Shown here piece by piece: positions 50,535-63,659 of a stretch of DNA of 64,000 bases. Each line of letters begins with the position of its first letter. The first letter of the stretch is position 1. Source of the DNA: Vicugna vicugna (lineage: Eukaryota); contig MU058636.1 of the NCBI GenBank assembly GCA_013265495.1, forward strand, positions 8,138,295 through 8,202,294, read 5' to 3'. Position numbers and translations under genes: made by a program. The notes under the pieces were generated by a model, which was given only the letters and a program-made list of their open reading frames with translations, made no database searches and was not told the DNA's origin.

Positions 50535-51134
50535 TCTTTGAACTCCAAAGATGCCTGCCGTCAGTTCCTCCCTTGTAGGTATGCATGCTGTTTTACCCAG
50601 CAAGAAGACGGATCTGTTTCCTCTATCCTTGTCTTGAGGCTGGTCTTGTAATTTGCTTTGACCGATTGACTTTGGAAGAAGTGACACTATGAGAGTTCCA
50701 GGCCTCGCAGCCACAATGTATCTCTTGAAGCTGGTCATCCTGCAAGATGTCCCTACTCTGCTCTACTGGGAGAAAACCCAACGGAGTCACCAGGAGGGGT
50801 CAGAGGCACCAGACATGGGAGTGAAGCCTCTTTGGACTTTTATTTCACTGAAAGTAACTGAAGGAATAATCCTAGTTCAGTAATTTATTAAAATGCTCTT
50901 AGGCTGAAAATGCTAGTGTAATTTAAGCACCAGACATGGGAGTGAAGCCTCTATGGACTTTTATTTCACTGAAAGTAACTGAATGAATAATCCTAGTTCT
51001 CATCACTAGGAGCAGAGCTACTCAGCTAATCTTAGCCCACATTCCCATCCTACAGAATAAAGAGAAATATTAATTTCTTATTTTAAGCCACCAGGTTTTA
51101 GGGTTGGTTGTCAGGCAAAAGTTGATCACTGAAA
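50535..51134 (+). mobile_element. MaLR LTR MLT1G/H-like, carrying an internal duplication plus templated insertion
   Basis: TTGCTTTGACC...AGAAGTGACACTATGAGAGTTCCAGGCCT...CCAGACATGGGAGTGAAGCC...TTTTAAGCCACCAGGTTTTAGGGTTGGTTG. Confidence 0.8.
50806..50999 (+). repeat. 73-bp direct repeat (50806-50878; 50927-50999) flanking a 46-bp copy of 52602-52647
   Basis: Copies 71/73 identical; insert 50879-50924 identical to 52602-52647 by manual comparison. Confidence 0.97.
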
Positions 51135-54100
51135 GAAATTCCTTCCAAGTAATATACCAAAAATCATCTTAGTGATCTATTATGAAAAATAATTTTTAAT
51201 GATTTACTAGCGGACAGCTGAGTTAGGGTCTTCTTTAATTTTGTTAAAAGCAAAGGGTTAGAAACCACTTGATTTGCAAAAGAATTTTCTATGCAGTTGT
51301 TAATGTTATCCAGTTTCTCAGTTCTAACCCCGAGATTTTGAATTGTGCCTTTGTTTGGCAACTATAAATCTTTTACACCCTAGATTGATACACCATGATA
51401 GGACATAAAATAGAAATGTGCCTGTCTTTTAAAAAAGATAGTATGTGAAGGGATATTATTGTGGGAATGGAGAATCAACCCCTAGAGAATAATTTTAGAA
51501 AAATGTTCATATGATGTGGAAGATCTGAAAATTTAATCTTCTAAAACTACTAGCTTATTATTTTAAGCAGCTTGGATCGTTTTATTCAGGTTTTGACAGA
51601 TTGTGCAAATACAATCACGGATGCAGTTTTTTAAGGGTCTCAGCCTTCTGCCAGAAACTAACAGCTATGTCATAAATATTGAAATAAAACTCAAATAAAA
51701 CTAAATCAAATAAGTCACCTGCTCCCCTTAATTTCTAAACCACTGGAAGACAAAGATGGCAATTGCAGTGGATGATAATGTCTTTCTTCTTTCATTCTTT
51801 CCTCCCTCCCACCTTCCTTTCTTTCTCATGGTATTCCCAGAGAAAAGGCTTTACTAGGTGTCATCATTATAAATGATATCGTTATAAAAAAAGATATTTT
51901 AAATCTTTAGTTCATCCTAAAACACCACTATGGTATTTGCTTCTGATTTTGCTTGGACGATATACCCTGATCCTTCATTCCACCCCAGGTAAGAGGAGGC
52001 CATGTTAAAGAGAAATCGTTATCATATTTCCTACGTCCAAGAACGGGACCTTTGTGGTAGGAGTAAATGGTCATAAAACTAGGCGAAATGGAAAGGTAGA
52101 ACAGAGATTACTCCCTTACTTATTTCTTATTTCTGTTTCTGAGGGTAAAATTTGGGGCCAGGAATGTCTTCGCTTGAGAAAAGCTTTCATCTTTGGAGAA
52201 CTGAAGGACTCTGGGTTGAGGACCAAGGGAGAGGATCAAGATGGAGCCGATATCTGATAGAACACTATTTAGAAGACACTCCATGGACATTTTCTGCTTT
52301 GAGTAAATGTGTCTCCTAAGGCCTGGAGTTGGCCTAGGCTGTAAGAGAGTACAGGAGAGTCAGACGTTACAGTTCTACACAGTCCAGACTGTCTCACCAG
52401 CATTGAAAAGCAGGTAGACATTTGTAACTGCTCTGATATAAAGAATGCCTATTTGATTGGTTAGAACTCTGGTATCTCATAAATAGCTAAGTATCAGACC
52501 ATGGATTTGGCTTGATATGCACATCTAGTGAAGCCAAGGGAGAAACTCTGACCTGATGTCTAATGTCAGCTCTCTGGTTCAGAATGAATGCATTGGCTTC
52601 AAGTAATTTATTAAAATGCTCTTAGGCTGAAAATGCTAGTGTAATTTCTTCATCCATTCTAAAGCCATCCGCTGTCTATTTACTTTATGCTAATTCCTGA
52701 GCTTTGCCTTGAGAATACTAAGAAAAATAATACCTGTTTTCTACCTTTAAAAGAATCATAGTCTAGAAAGCAAGAGACAAAATCACATACAACCAGCCTC
52801 GCTAGGATGTGATCAGTACTATCATGAAGACAAAGAGGTGTAAGAACCTGTGTGAAGGAGGGAATAAGGTTGCATGGGGAAAGAGGGAACTAGGAAAGGT
52901 GAATTAATGCTCATACTGAAGTTTCTGTCAGCTTGTAAAGGAGGCACAAAAAGGAAATAGTTCTAACTTCTATTGTATTCTTCCTGACTTAGGACTGGGT
53001 CCATTGCTAGATGTTTTGGGGATGCTAGGGCAAGAGGGGTGGGTGAAACCAAATAGATGCCTTCCGAACCTGATCATCTGATGTCTGTTAAATCTCAGCA
53101 GGACCCTTGAATTGAAACTGAGACCTGAACTTCAGAACTTACTGCAATTTCCCATGCTCCCCCCAAATTTGGCTCACGTCTCAGAGGGTTATGGGTACTA
53201 TGGACTCCAGACTCTCATATTCCCACACACAGTCTCTTTCAACTCGTAGAAAGCAAAGCGACTGGGAGTGGGAGGAAACTGCAGGGACAACCCCAGCCTG
53301 GGGAGGAGGCACTTCATCAAGTCAGGGGTACATCAGGGGAGGCCAGGCCATTAAATGTCAATTATTACCATTACCTTGTACTTATATAAAATATAAGCAA
53401 ACAGTCGTATGATGACGATTTTGGGGATAGCTTTGCAGTCTCCCTAAAAAATAGGTTGGTAGATACAGCCATCTGTGGTAGATACAACTATTAATAATGG
53501 GGGGCTGGCACCTCATTATAGTGCCTCTTTCTTTTGTGACAAGTGAAGTCTCACAATATAGAAAAAATTGACAATATTAAAAAATTAAAGGTGAATCCAT
53601 ACCCAATAAAAATGCAGAAGAAAATCAATCTTTAGGCATATTTTTAAGCTCCTTATATAGATGTGTGTACATTTTATTGACTGGGTTGATCCCCCACTCC
53701 TACCCTCCCATCCCAACATGGGAGTGGAGAGGGTGCAAAGGAGGAACTACTTGCAGGGGGATGTGATCTCACTTATCAGCAAAATCAAGGACACGTTAGA
53801 CTGAAAAAAGGGCTTTTCATATGGCAGAAACCTTTTGTGCTGTGATCCTGGTTTTGCCTTTTTATAAAATGTCCAAATGGATGTCTAGCGGTGTAACTGA
53901 TGACGTGTCAGGACTAACTTCTTCACCTAAAGAGGCAGGCCCCCTGTCAGGAACACGAGTCATTTGGAGGGACCTCCCTTCTAGGAGAAACCCAGGGGGC
54001 TAATTGAGGCCTCAGAGCATGGAGACATGGATCGTATTGCTCTTGCCTTTTTTTTCCCCTCAGACAGAGAAAAACATCCAATTTCTGAGGGGCTGAGTGA

Positions 54101-54339
54101 AGACGAGAAGCAGGCAGTGGAAATCTGGCTCTGCAGCTATGTACTGTGCTGTGCATGCTGTGGGTGAAATTTGCCTTGGCCGTTTACGGGGACAATTGAG
54201 TTTAGAGGAAAACAGTGTATTTCAAATCTTGCATTTGGCTCAGTTAAATCATTAACTTAAAAGCAGATGCCCTGGCAGACTTTCCTTCAGTTTCAAAAAA
54301 TACAACCAACAAATCAGAACAATTAGAGCTGGAATTAGG

Positions 54340-54760
54340 TAACATTCATTCACTCATCTATTTCTTCAACAAATATTACATGTTCTTTATGCATTAAGCT
54401 GTGCTGTTTCCTGGGGCTATAATAACAGAACATGGAATAAAGGACCTGGCTTGGGCAGAAGTGGTTACGGAACACCACACAGATGAGGCTAGGGGATACT
54501 TAGTAAAGAGGAGAAAGAGAAGAGACAAAGGACTCCAGGCAGAGGAGCTGGTGAAGAATCTAAGCAGGAAAGAGCGTGGGTAATGGAAGAACTAAAGATC
54601 AGAAATAATTGGAGAAGCAAAAGCAAAAGGGGGGAAATGAATAGAGATGAGGCAGGAGAGATGGGTAGGTCATACGGCACACTGGTACTCATTTAAGGAT
54701 TTTGGTTTCTTATATGAAGGACAATGTGGAACCATGGGAGTATTTTAAACAGTGTGTTGT
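54340..54760 (-). mobile_element. L2 3' portion
   Basis: CATTCATTCACTCATCTATTTCTTCAACAAATATT...GAGATGAGGCAGGAGAGATGGGTAGG...TAAGGATTTTGG. Confidence 0.75.
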
Positions 54761-54764
54761 CTGT

Positions 54765-54950
54765 TTGTAGGATAATTGTTTAAAAAGGTAAAACCATGAT
54801 TTTCATACAAATATAAAATAAACACATGTCAAAGATATTATTTAACTATTAATTAATGAAGAAACCTGTAAAGTGATCCAACTGGCGCAAAGGAGAATTC
54901 AGAGTGTACACACACTCAAGCTATGAGGAATGCTGAAATGCCCTATTACA
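54765..54950. mobile_element. ERV1 LTR fragment, LTR37-like
   Basis: GTCAAAGATATTATTTAACTATTAATTAATGAAGAAACC...CAAAGGAGAATTCAGAG. Confidence 0.45.
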
Positions 54951-54954
54951 GTCA

Positions 54955-55390
54955 TCATCACTCTTCTTTAACTTTTAAATTCTGGAGCTCATCAGGGCTC
55001 TATCCTGAGCCACTGTCATCTATGTGTCTACAGTCTTGCTGTGGTTGATCTCATTTACTTCCATAATCTTGATGTGCCATTTATCTGCTGGACAGTGCCA
55101 CATTGATGCCACCTACTTGCTGTTTCCACTGGCTTACCTTCTGGGCGCTTGAAAACTAACGTATGAACAGAACTTGTGACTACTTCTCCCTCCATGTTCC
55201 CTGTCTTTTCTCCCAGATCTCCCTGTCTCAGCCCATCATACTTCTGTATACCTGGCTGGTCAAGCCAGAAAGAGGAAGCCATCTGTGATGCCCCTCTCCC
55301 CTTTTCCTCTGTATCAGATCTATCGCGTACATCCCTTTCTTTCCATACCCAATACCGCTGTTCTTGTTCGCAATACCACTGTCTCTTCAG
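54955..55390 (+). mobile_element. L2 remnant
   Basis: CAGGGCTCTATCCTGAGCC...TGATCTCATTTACTTCCAT...CTGGCTGGTCAAGCCAGAAA. Confidence 0.6.
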
Positions 55391-55409
55391 TGCAGAGCAT
55401 TCTTTTTCT

Positions 55410-58400
55410 TTTCTTAAAAAAAAGTTATTATTGAGTTAAATACACATACCATTAAATTCACCCCTTGAAAGTTGTGCAATCCAGTGGGTTTTTATTATAT
55501 TCAAAGTGTTATGCAACCATCACCAAGATCTCAGTTTAGAACATTTTCATCCCCTAAAAAGAAATGCCAAATGCATCAGCTGTCACTCCCCATATCCCTT
55601 CCCACCCGCTCCCAGCCCCAAGCAACCACGAACCTACTCTCTGTTTTTGTGCATTTGCCTTTCCCAGATGTCATTTCATATATATGGAACCCTAGAATGT
55701 GTGGTCATTTGTGACTGACTTCTTTCGTGTAGTATAGGGTTTTAAGGTTCATCCATGTTGTACCCTTTATCAGTACTTCATTGCTTTGTGTGGCTGAATA
55801 ATGTTCCATTGTGTGGATAAAACACATTTTGCTTATTCATACATCACTTGCTGGACATTTGAGCTGTTTCCACTTTTTGACTCTTATGAATAATGCTGCT
55901 ATGAACATTTGTGTACACATTTTTGCATGAACATTTATTTTCATTTCTCTTGGATAAAATATACCTCTGAGTGGAATTGTTGGGTCATAGGGGAACTCTA
56001 TGTTTAACTTTTTGAAAAACTGCCAAATTCTGTTCTAAAATGGCTGCACCAGCTTTACATTCTTTGCAGCAATGAATAAAGGTTCTGATTTCTTTATGTT
56101 TTTACCAACACTTGCTATTGTTTGTCCTTTTTGTTATAACCATTGAAGACTAGTGAAGATGAATTGTAAAGATAAAATTGCATTGTCATTTTGATTTACA
56201 TTTCCCTAGTGATGAATGATGTGGGCATCTTTTCATGTGCTTATTTACTATTTGAGTATCTTCTTTGGAGAAATGCCTATTTTTAATTGGATTATTACTT
56301 TAAAAAATTACTGAGTTGTAAGAGTTCTCATTATTACTTATTATTATTATTTAGTTGTAAGGGTTCTTTATATATCATGGATACAAGTTCCTTATTAGAT
56401 GAATAATTTAAAATATTTTCTCCTATTCTAAATTGTCTTTTCACTTTTTTATGGTATCATTTGCAGCACAGAAATTTTAAAATTTTGACAAAATTCAATT
56501 TATCAAATTTCCTTTTGTCACTTATGCTTTTGGTGTTGTATGTAAGACCTAACCCAAGATCATGAATATTTACTCCATGTTTTCTTCTAAAAGTTTTATA
56601 GTTTGGTTCTTACATTTAGGTTTATAATCCATTTTGAATTAATTTTGTTTTAATTTAAAATAGGGGTCCAATATCATACTTTTGCATGTGTATGTTCATT
56701 TGTCCCAGCAGTATTTGTTGGAAAGATTATTCTTTTCCTATTGAGATAGTCTTGGCATCTTTGTCAAAAATTAGTTGAGCATAAGTGCCTGGATTTGTTT
56801 CTGAACTCTCAATTCTATTCCATTACTTTATATCTATCCCAATGCCACTGTCTTGATTATTATAGTTTTGCAGTAAGATTTGATATTGAGAAGTACTCCA
56901 AATTTGTTTTATTTTCCCAAGATTATTTTTGCTAATTTGTGTCCCTTGAATTTCCATATAAATTTTAGGACAAGTGTGCCAATTTCTGCAAAAAAAGTTA
57001 GGATTTTTATAGAAATTGCATTAATCTGTAGCTCTATCTGGGGAATATTGCTTAACAACAATATTAAGTTTAACAACATTAAGTTTTCTGACTTATGAAC
57101 ATGAGATATATTTTCATTTGTTTGGATCTTCTTTAATTTTTCAACAATATTTTGTATGTTTTAGAATATGTCTTCTACTTTCTAAGTCTTGCATTTCATT
57201 CCTAAGTATTTTATTCTTTTTGATACTGTTATAATTTTTTTTTTATTTTAATTTTGGATTATTCATTAATAGTGCTTGGAAATATAACTGATTTTTGTAT
57301 ATTGATCTCGTATGCTGCAACCTTGCTAAACTCATTTATTAGTGCTAGCCGTTATTTTAATGCATGTTAGTATTTTCTGTGTACAAATTGTGGCAACTGC
57401 AAATAGAGATAGTTTAACTGCCTCCTTTATGATCTGAATTTATCTCATTTATTTTTGCTTTAATTGTTCTGTCTAAAACTTCCAGTACAATGTTGACAGA
57501 AATGGTGAAAGCAGACACTTTTGTCTCGTTCTGACTCTTAGGGGACAAAGCATTCAGTCTTTCTCCTTTTACAATGAAACTAGATGTGTTTTGCAGATGT
57601 CCTTTACTGAGTTGAGGTATTTCCCTTCTAATCCTTGTTTGCTGAATTTTTCTTTTTTAATTGTGAAAAAGTGTTGGATTTTGTCAAATATTTTTCTGGG
57701 TCTATTGAGGTGATGTGCCTTTTATTTCATTAATAAGGTATCTTATATTAAAAGATATTTGGATGTTAAACCAACCTTGAATTTTCAAAGTAAATTCCGC
57801 TTTGTCATGGTGTATAATTTTTATATATAGTTGTCCCTTGGCAATCTGCAAAGAACCAAAGATTCCAAGAACCCCTGTGGATCCCCAAATCCACAGATGC
57901 TCAAGTCCCATATATAAAGTGGTGCAGCATTTGTGTATATATAACTCATGCTCATTTTCCTGTATACTTTAAATCGTCTCTAGATTATTTATAATAACTA
58001 ATACAATGTAAATGCTGTGCAAATACTTGGCAGTGTGAGGCAAATTCAAGTTTTCGTTTTTTAAACTTTTTGGAATTTTTTTAAAGATTATTTTTGATTC
58101 ACAGCTGGTCATACTCATGGATGAGTATGGATGTGGAACTGTGGATATAAGGGCTGGTTGTACTACTGGATTAGGTTTGCTAATATTTGTTAAGGATTTT
58201 TGTATCTTTACTAATAAGAAATATATTTTCTTTTCTTGAGATGTATTTGTTTGGTTTTGGTGTCATGGTAATACTAGTCTCATAGAGACCTTTCCTTCTC
58301 TTTTTGTGAAGTTTGTGAAGAACTGGGGTTAATTTTTCTGTAAATAGTAAAATTTACTAGTCAAGCCACCTGGAAACTTTAAATTACTTATTCATCTTTT

Positions 58401-58640
58401 TAATTGTTATAGATTTATACCAATTTACTATTTCTTTTTGAGTCAGATTTGGTAGTTTGTGCCTTTCTAGGATTTCCTCATTTTATTTAGATTATCGAAT
58501 TTGTTGGTATTCGGTTTTTCATAGTGTTCTCATATAATCTTTTGTTTGTTTGTTTTCATTTCTGTTAGGTTTGTAGTGATTACCTCTCTTTCATTCTTGA
58601 TTTCAGGAATTTGAGTCTTGCTTTTTATCTTGGTCAGTCA
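55410..58640 (-). mobile_element. L1MB7/8-like element, about 3 kb (3' UTR plus ORF2), interrupted by MER2
   Basis: ATACCATTAAATTCACCCC...GCAACCATCACC...TTTAGAACATTTTCATC 3' end, followed by continuous antisense ORF2-like sequence. Confidence 0.9.
57828..58160. mobile_element. MER2/MER2B TcMar-Tigger element nested in L1
   Basis: AGTTGTCCCTTGG...CCAAATCCACAGATGCTCAAGTCCC...GTGGATATAAGGGCTGGTTG; flanked by TA on both sides; L1 resumes after it. Confidence 0.88.
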
Positions 58641-58659
58641 GACTTGCATTTTTACTTGC

Positions 58660-59345
58660 CTCTTAATTTCTACTCCTACTGCCTTTTATCCATTCTTCAT
58701 GCAGTATCCAGAATGATCTTCTAAAAAAGAAAATAAGGCCATGCCGTTTCCTGCTTAAAAACATGAACAGTTTTATATTCAATTATGATAAAATAGAGGT
58801 CTCTTATCTAAGCTCACAAGAGCATACTTGACTTTCTTTTGAACTTTATCTTATGCCTTTTCTGTGCATTACATATGCTCCTGCCATACAAGCGGCTTCT
58901 CTTTCTTAAGCTGGATAAATTACATTAAAAATTTTGGTGTTGGTTTAACTATCACTTCACATTAAGACTACTAAATCTAAAGTAGATCCTTCTTTAAAAC
59001 AACAAAAACCTCTTTTTATTTATTGATTGTTGAGGGGGAGGTAATTAGGTTTATTTGTTCATTTATTTCTTTTTAATGGTGGTGCTGGGGACTGAACCGA
59101 GGACCTTGTGCTTGCTAAGCATGCACTCTACCACTGCATTATACCCTTCCCCCCTAAAGTAAATCCTTGTTATTCTGTCACACTTTCACTTTTTATGGTA
59201 CGCTGTGGGATCATTTGTTTAAACATTTTCACCTATATGGAACATCAAGCTTTATGGAAGTATGGCTCATGCTACTATATAATTGAAGCCTACCATTGTA
59301 CCTGGCATAGGGAAGATGTTGAAAAATACTTTTGAATAAATGAAT
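58660..59345 (+). mobile_element. L2 3' portion interrupted by a SINE
   Basis: CCAGAATGATCTTCTAAAA...CCTGCTTAAAA...TACCTGGCATAGGGAAGATGTTGAAAAATACTTTTGAATAAATGAATG. Confidence 0.7.
58992..59153 (-). mobile_element. tRNA-Ala-derived SINE, camelid vic-1-type
   Basis: Minus strand GGGTATAATGCAGTGGTAGAGTGCATGCTTAGCAAGCACAAGGTCCTCGGTTCAGTCCCCAGCACCACCATT...AATAAACCTAATTACCTCCCCC plus A-rich tail; 15-bp TSD CTAAAGTAGATCCTT/CTAAAGTAAATCCTT. Confidence 0.92.
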
Positions 59346-60889
59346 GTGAAATGTATTGCTAAAATCTAGTGTGTAGGTCCATTGATGATTTGAGATCATC
59401 ATGGTATATGCAGTTGTGCAGCTATTCAACGCCACTTTTCCAACCACTGGGAGAGAGTGTTAGACAGATGTAGGAGCATCAGGTTGCCAGCCAGGAGGCC
59501 ATCAGCTTCTAACCTGGATTCATTTCTGCCACTCAATAGCCAGAAAACCCTGGTCAAGTCACTTGTTCCTTAATTTTCCCTTTGATTAATTAGAAGATAG
59601 ATGAAGAGTGTTCCTAAATGACTTAAGTAACCACCTGCAATATTTCTGGATCTGTGATGGTACAACATGCCATAAGAAACTAGAGACAAAATTTATTTTT
59701 TTTAGTTTTGTTTTACTCAAATTTTGGATACAATCATCTTGGCTTTAAAGTGGGAAACATTTTTTTGAGAGTTTTCAGCATATGTTCTACGTTAAGGAAA
59801 TTTGTGTGTGTGAAAAATACTTCCTATAGCTTTTTAGCAGTATGAAAAGTTGAATTGACACTGTGAAAGAATTCTCTGTTTCTAGTGCTTTAAGGAAACA
59901 CTTGAATGTGACTCATATTGCTGAAGCAAAAAAAAAAATATTAAAAAACAACACAGTTCCTCAAGTTCTTCAATTTCTGCTTCCGGTTTTCTTGCTGGAA
60001 GAATGTATAAAGTGCATACCGGTACAAATGCAGAATGTAGAATGTTTAGGCACTTTGAAATTTTGTACTTACGTACTTTTTCACTTTTGCTTTTTGAAAA
60101 ATGTCTTCTCATGTTTTTACGATCCAAATGCCTCATGATGTGATTACAGATAAAAGACACAGTGTACTCTTGCTTCTTGATTCTTAAACAAAGAAATTGA
60201 GGCAATATTTTGGCATCTGAGTAAACGCATAATGTAGTCAGATGTACTGATTTCTCATACATAACTTTGCATTTACAAATCACGACTTTCTGCGAAGTCA
60301 ATTTCTTAAAATGTTTTGGGTTGCCTACATGTTATAAACTCACAGGTGAGATTCAAATCTAATAGTCTTCAGTTGGGAAGTACCTGTCAGGGATGGTTCA
60401 TGGAAGCTGATTTCACATTGAAGATAATTACTCTTAACCAGTCTACTTTGTCCCAGAAAATATGGTTTTGAGAGTAGACTCTGATGATTCTAAAAGATAT
60501 TTGAAGAAATATTTTTAATGAAGTCCAATATGTTTTATACAAACATGAGAGAAATATTTTAAAAGTTCTAGTGTTTCTTATCTAACTGTAAGAAATCAAG
60601 GAAGTCACTTATTATCTTCTGGTTTAGTTTCTTTTTTTTTTTTTTAACAAAATGGAATCCATCAGATTCTCATTTGTTTTTGAATTGTCTATGGAAACAC
60701 TGAGAGCAGAGAAACTTCTCTTTGTATGTATTCCTAAGTACTTGTAATTCCATGGCAGAATTTATTAACCTGTATTTTCTTCTATTCTCCAAGGGGAAAA
60801 AATGTACATTTCTAAATTTCATTAAAGATAGTTTGTTTCCTTAATGGTACACTTTAAACATTTTTTAATGTGTCATTGGCATTTTAGCA

Positions 60890-61055
60890 TATGTAGTCTT
60901 GAATCTTTATGATACACTGCAAGATAAGTATCCATAGTTTTATTTTAATGTAAAAAATGAAAGATTGGAGAGACTAAGGGATTTTTCCCAAAGTCAAAGC
61001 CAATAAAAATTAAAGTAGGATTTAAACCCAGGTTTGTGTTTAATCAAAGTCTCTT
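60890..61055 (-). mobile_element. MIR SINE
   Basis: GAGAGACTAAGGGATTTTTCCCAAAGTCA...TAGGATTTAAACCCAGG. Confidence 0.6.
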
Positions 61056-61439
61056 TTATTTTCTTCTTTATTGGACTTCGTGAATCAGAAAGTCAATGAC
61101 CTGATTAGCAGGTATTTGAGGCTAAGAAGGAATCTATTAATGTGACTTATTTGTGAAAAAGAATGGTGAACTCTGTGCTGTGTTTTGTACTCAGTGTACT
61201 TTGAGAAATTTATTTTAGCTACAAATTTACTGGATAATCTGTAGCTTATCTTGGTGGAATATGAAGACCTTATCTTTTCTTCTCTTTGGAAGATTCATCA
61301 TAACCACAGAAAAATTACTTCATTTATTTTTGCAGTAATTAAAAAAACAAATGAGTCTGATCAAAAGCTTCAAGGAAGCTGGGCTAGAATCCGTTTCACT
61401 TGCTTAGAGATGCTTTTAAGTATTAATGTGAATAAAGGG

Positions 61440-61820
61440 CAATGGGGTGGATATTTGTTACTTGTTCAGTCCATAAAGCATCTAAACTACTTTTTACTTG
61501 GGAGAGCCTCCTCTCTTTGAGTGGGATAGAAATGATCTCTCCTAGAAAAGCTGAAAATGCTTGATATTCACTTTATCTTGTAGCTCCACCATCACACACA
61601 TCCATGAAAGACTTTGAGGACATAAAGGGCAAAAACAGAAGTGATAGTGAACTCTTTCTATTTCTTGGAAGTGACACTAGAAATGATTATAAGGTCAAAT
61701 TTCTAATATAGGACGTGCATCAATGCTGGTGGTATTAGCAACTGGAATAAAATTGTGTTCCTGGCAGAGAAGTGTTAGAGCAATGGTGAAGGTAAAGTTT
61801 TTCTTTACCAGGCCTGTGAC
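61440..61820 (+). mobile_element. Possible ERVL LTR (LTR40/LTR33-like), degraded
   Basis: GGATATTTGTTAC...AAAAGCTGAAAATGCTTGATATTCACTTT. Confidence 0.35.
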
Positions 61821-61834
61821 ATATTATTCATTCA

Positions 61835-62750
61835 TTTTGATTGGGAGAAAATATTTGTAGTACAAATAACAAAGGATTATTCTATAGATTAATTTTGGAC
61901 CAAGTCTCAGGAAGAATTTCTATATACCAATAGGTAAAAGGCCCACAACCTAAAAAAAAAATGGGGAAAGGGCATATATAGACAATTTACAGAAGAGGAG
62001 ACTCAAATGGCAAATAAGCCTATTAGAATTATAAGAATAATGAGATTATCTTTCACATCCTCTAGAATGGTAAATATTATATAATGTCAGGTAACTCTTG
62101 GAGTTGGTGAGGATCTGGGAAAGGGGCTCAGTTAAACATTAAAATTGAGAGTATAAATTGGTATAACACAATTGGAGAACCATTAATCAATATCTAATAA
62201 AGTTGACGATGACATTCAGCAAGTGTATCTGCCCCAGGGATATCTGCCCTCGAGAACTCTCAGGTGCAGCAGAAAGAGATATGCAAAAAATATTCATTAC
62301 AATGCCTTTGCAGTAGCAAAAAAGGGGAAATAATAATTGTCCTTAAGTCTAAGAACTAATTGGTAAACTGTGACTTATTATTTATAGTGGAACACGTCAC
62401 AAAAAACGAAATAAACAAATAAGATCAACATGCCCTCAGCATGGCTAAATATGCAACATATTTTTTAAGTATGTCACAAAAGCGTATTTTTAATATAAAG
62501 TTTAAAAACACTAGTATTAGTTGTTTATAAATACATGTATTGCAGAGTGCGTATAAAACTACCAACTTCAGAATATTGCCTACTTTTGGGGAGAAACTGG
62601 GGAGAATCATGGAGCAATTGTTTCCACTTTAAAATCAAAAATTAAGGAAACAAGAAATATGACAAACAGTTAATATCTCTTTAAATTTGACTGTGGGTAC
62701 AGAGATGTCTGTTACATTACTCTTCTGTTTAAAATATCTGAAATTTGAGG
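61835..62750 (+). mobile_element. Old L1 (L1ME-like) ORF2 end and 3' UTR
   Basis: TGGGAGAAAATATTTG...ACAATTTACAGAAGAGGAGACTCAAATGGCAAATAAGC...GAGAGTATAAATTGGTATAAC. Confidence 0.75.
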
Positions 62751-63659
62751 TTAAAGAAAAACCTGCTTTAGGGACTTTAAAATGATGGAGAGGTGTTAAC
62801 CTCATTATTAATATAACTCTGAAGGCCGTCTATTACTAGATAGTTAAAAACGTATCCTTACGGCTTTGCTTTTGTGTATCTCCTGCTTGAAAGATCACAT
62901 TTATTAAATATGTGGTGATTTTAGAATAGAAATGTTTATATTTGTTATGCATAAAAATGAATACACAGATATACATACCATACACACCATATATCTGTTG
63001 TTTGTTTTGGATAGTGGACAGAACTGATAATTTGGGTAAAGAAATCTGGATGCTTAATCTCTTTGAGGCTTAGCTTTATTTTGTTCTTCCCAAACTTTTT
63101 TACCACCTAACTTGAGAAAAGATGCTCTTTTACTCAATGTTACTTAACTCATTGGAGACGCATTTTTCTTATATATATAATTTGAATACCATTACCTTAT
63201 TTATAAGTCTGTAAGCATTAAATAATACCATGTATATGAAAATTCTTTTTAAACTCTAAAAAGGTACTCAAGCTAGATTTTAGCATTTTCTTTAATTTCT
63301 GTTTCAGTGCCTCTGGACTGAAAACCAAGAAACTCATACACATTTCTGTATTTATTTAGAGCATGCCTAGTACATGAAGCACAAAATTAATTGCTATCAT
63401 ATCAAAATTTTAAAAATGTAGAGATTACTCAATATTTTTGTCATAGAAAGTCATGATAGTGACCGAAGGAGAAGAATTAGCTTGTGTGAATCTTTTTTCT
63501 TTTTCCCCTGGAAGGACTCTACGGACTATTTGATAGTAACATAAAATTCAGATCTTGCTTTTGTAACATAAATTCCAAAAATGTAATGATTTCCTAGCAA
63601 ACTGTAGGATTGAAAAAAAAAAGTCTTGGAATAGTAGTATTTCTTTTAATTTTGATGAC

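Noticed and set aside
50806..50999. Repeat-spacer-repeat with a matching 'protospacer', superficially CRISPR-like
   Set aside because: Only two 73-bp repeats, derived from MaLR LTR sequence in mammalian DNA with no cas genes; explained by template switching
59075..59153. tRNA-Ala gene
   Set aside because: Degenerate A box and stems, SINE-specific tail and TSD; it is a SINE head
59863..60138. KEFSVSSALRKHLNVTH resembles the second half of a C2H2 zinc finger
   Set aside because: No upstream CxxC in frame, a stop lies four codons upstream, and there are no further fingers or linker; judged chance
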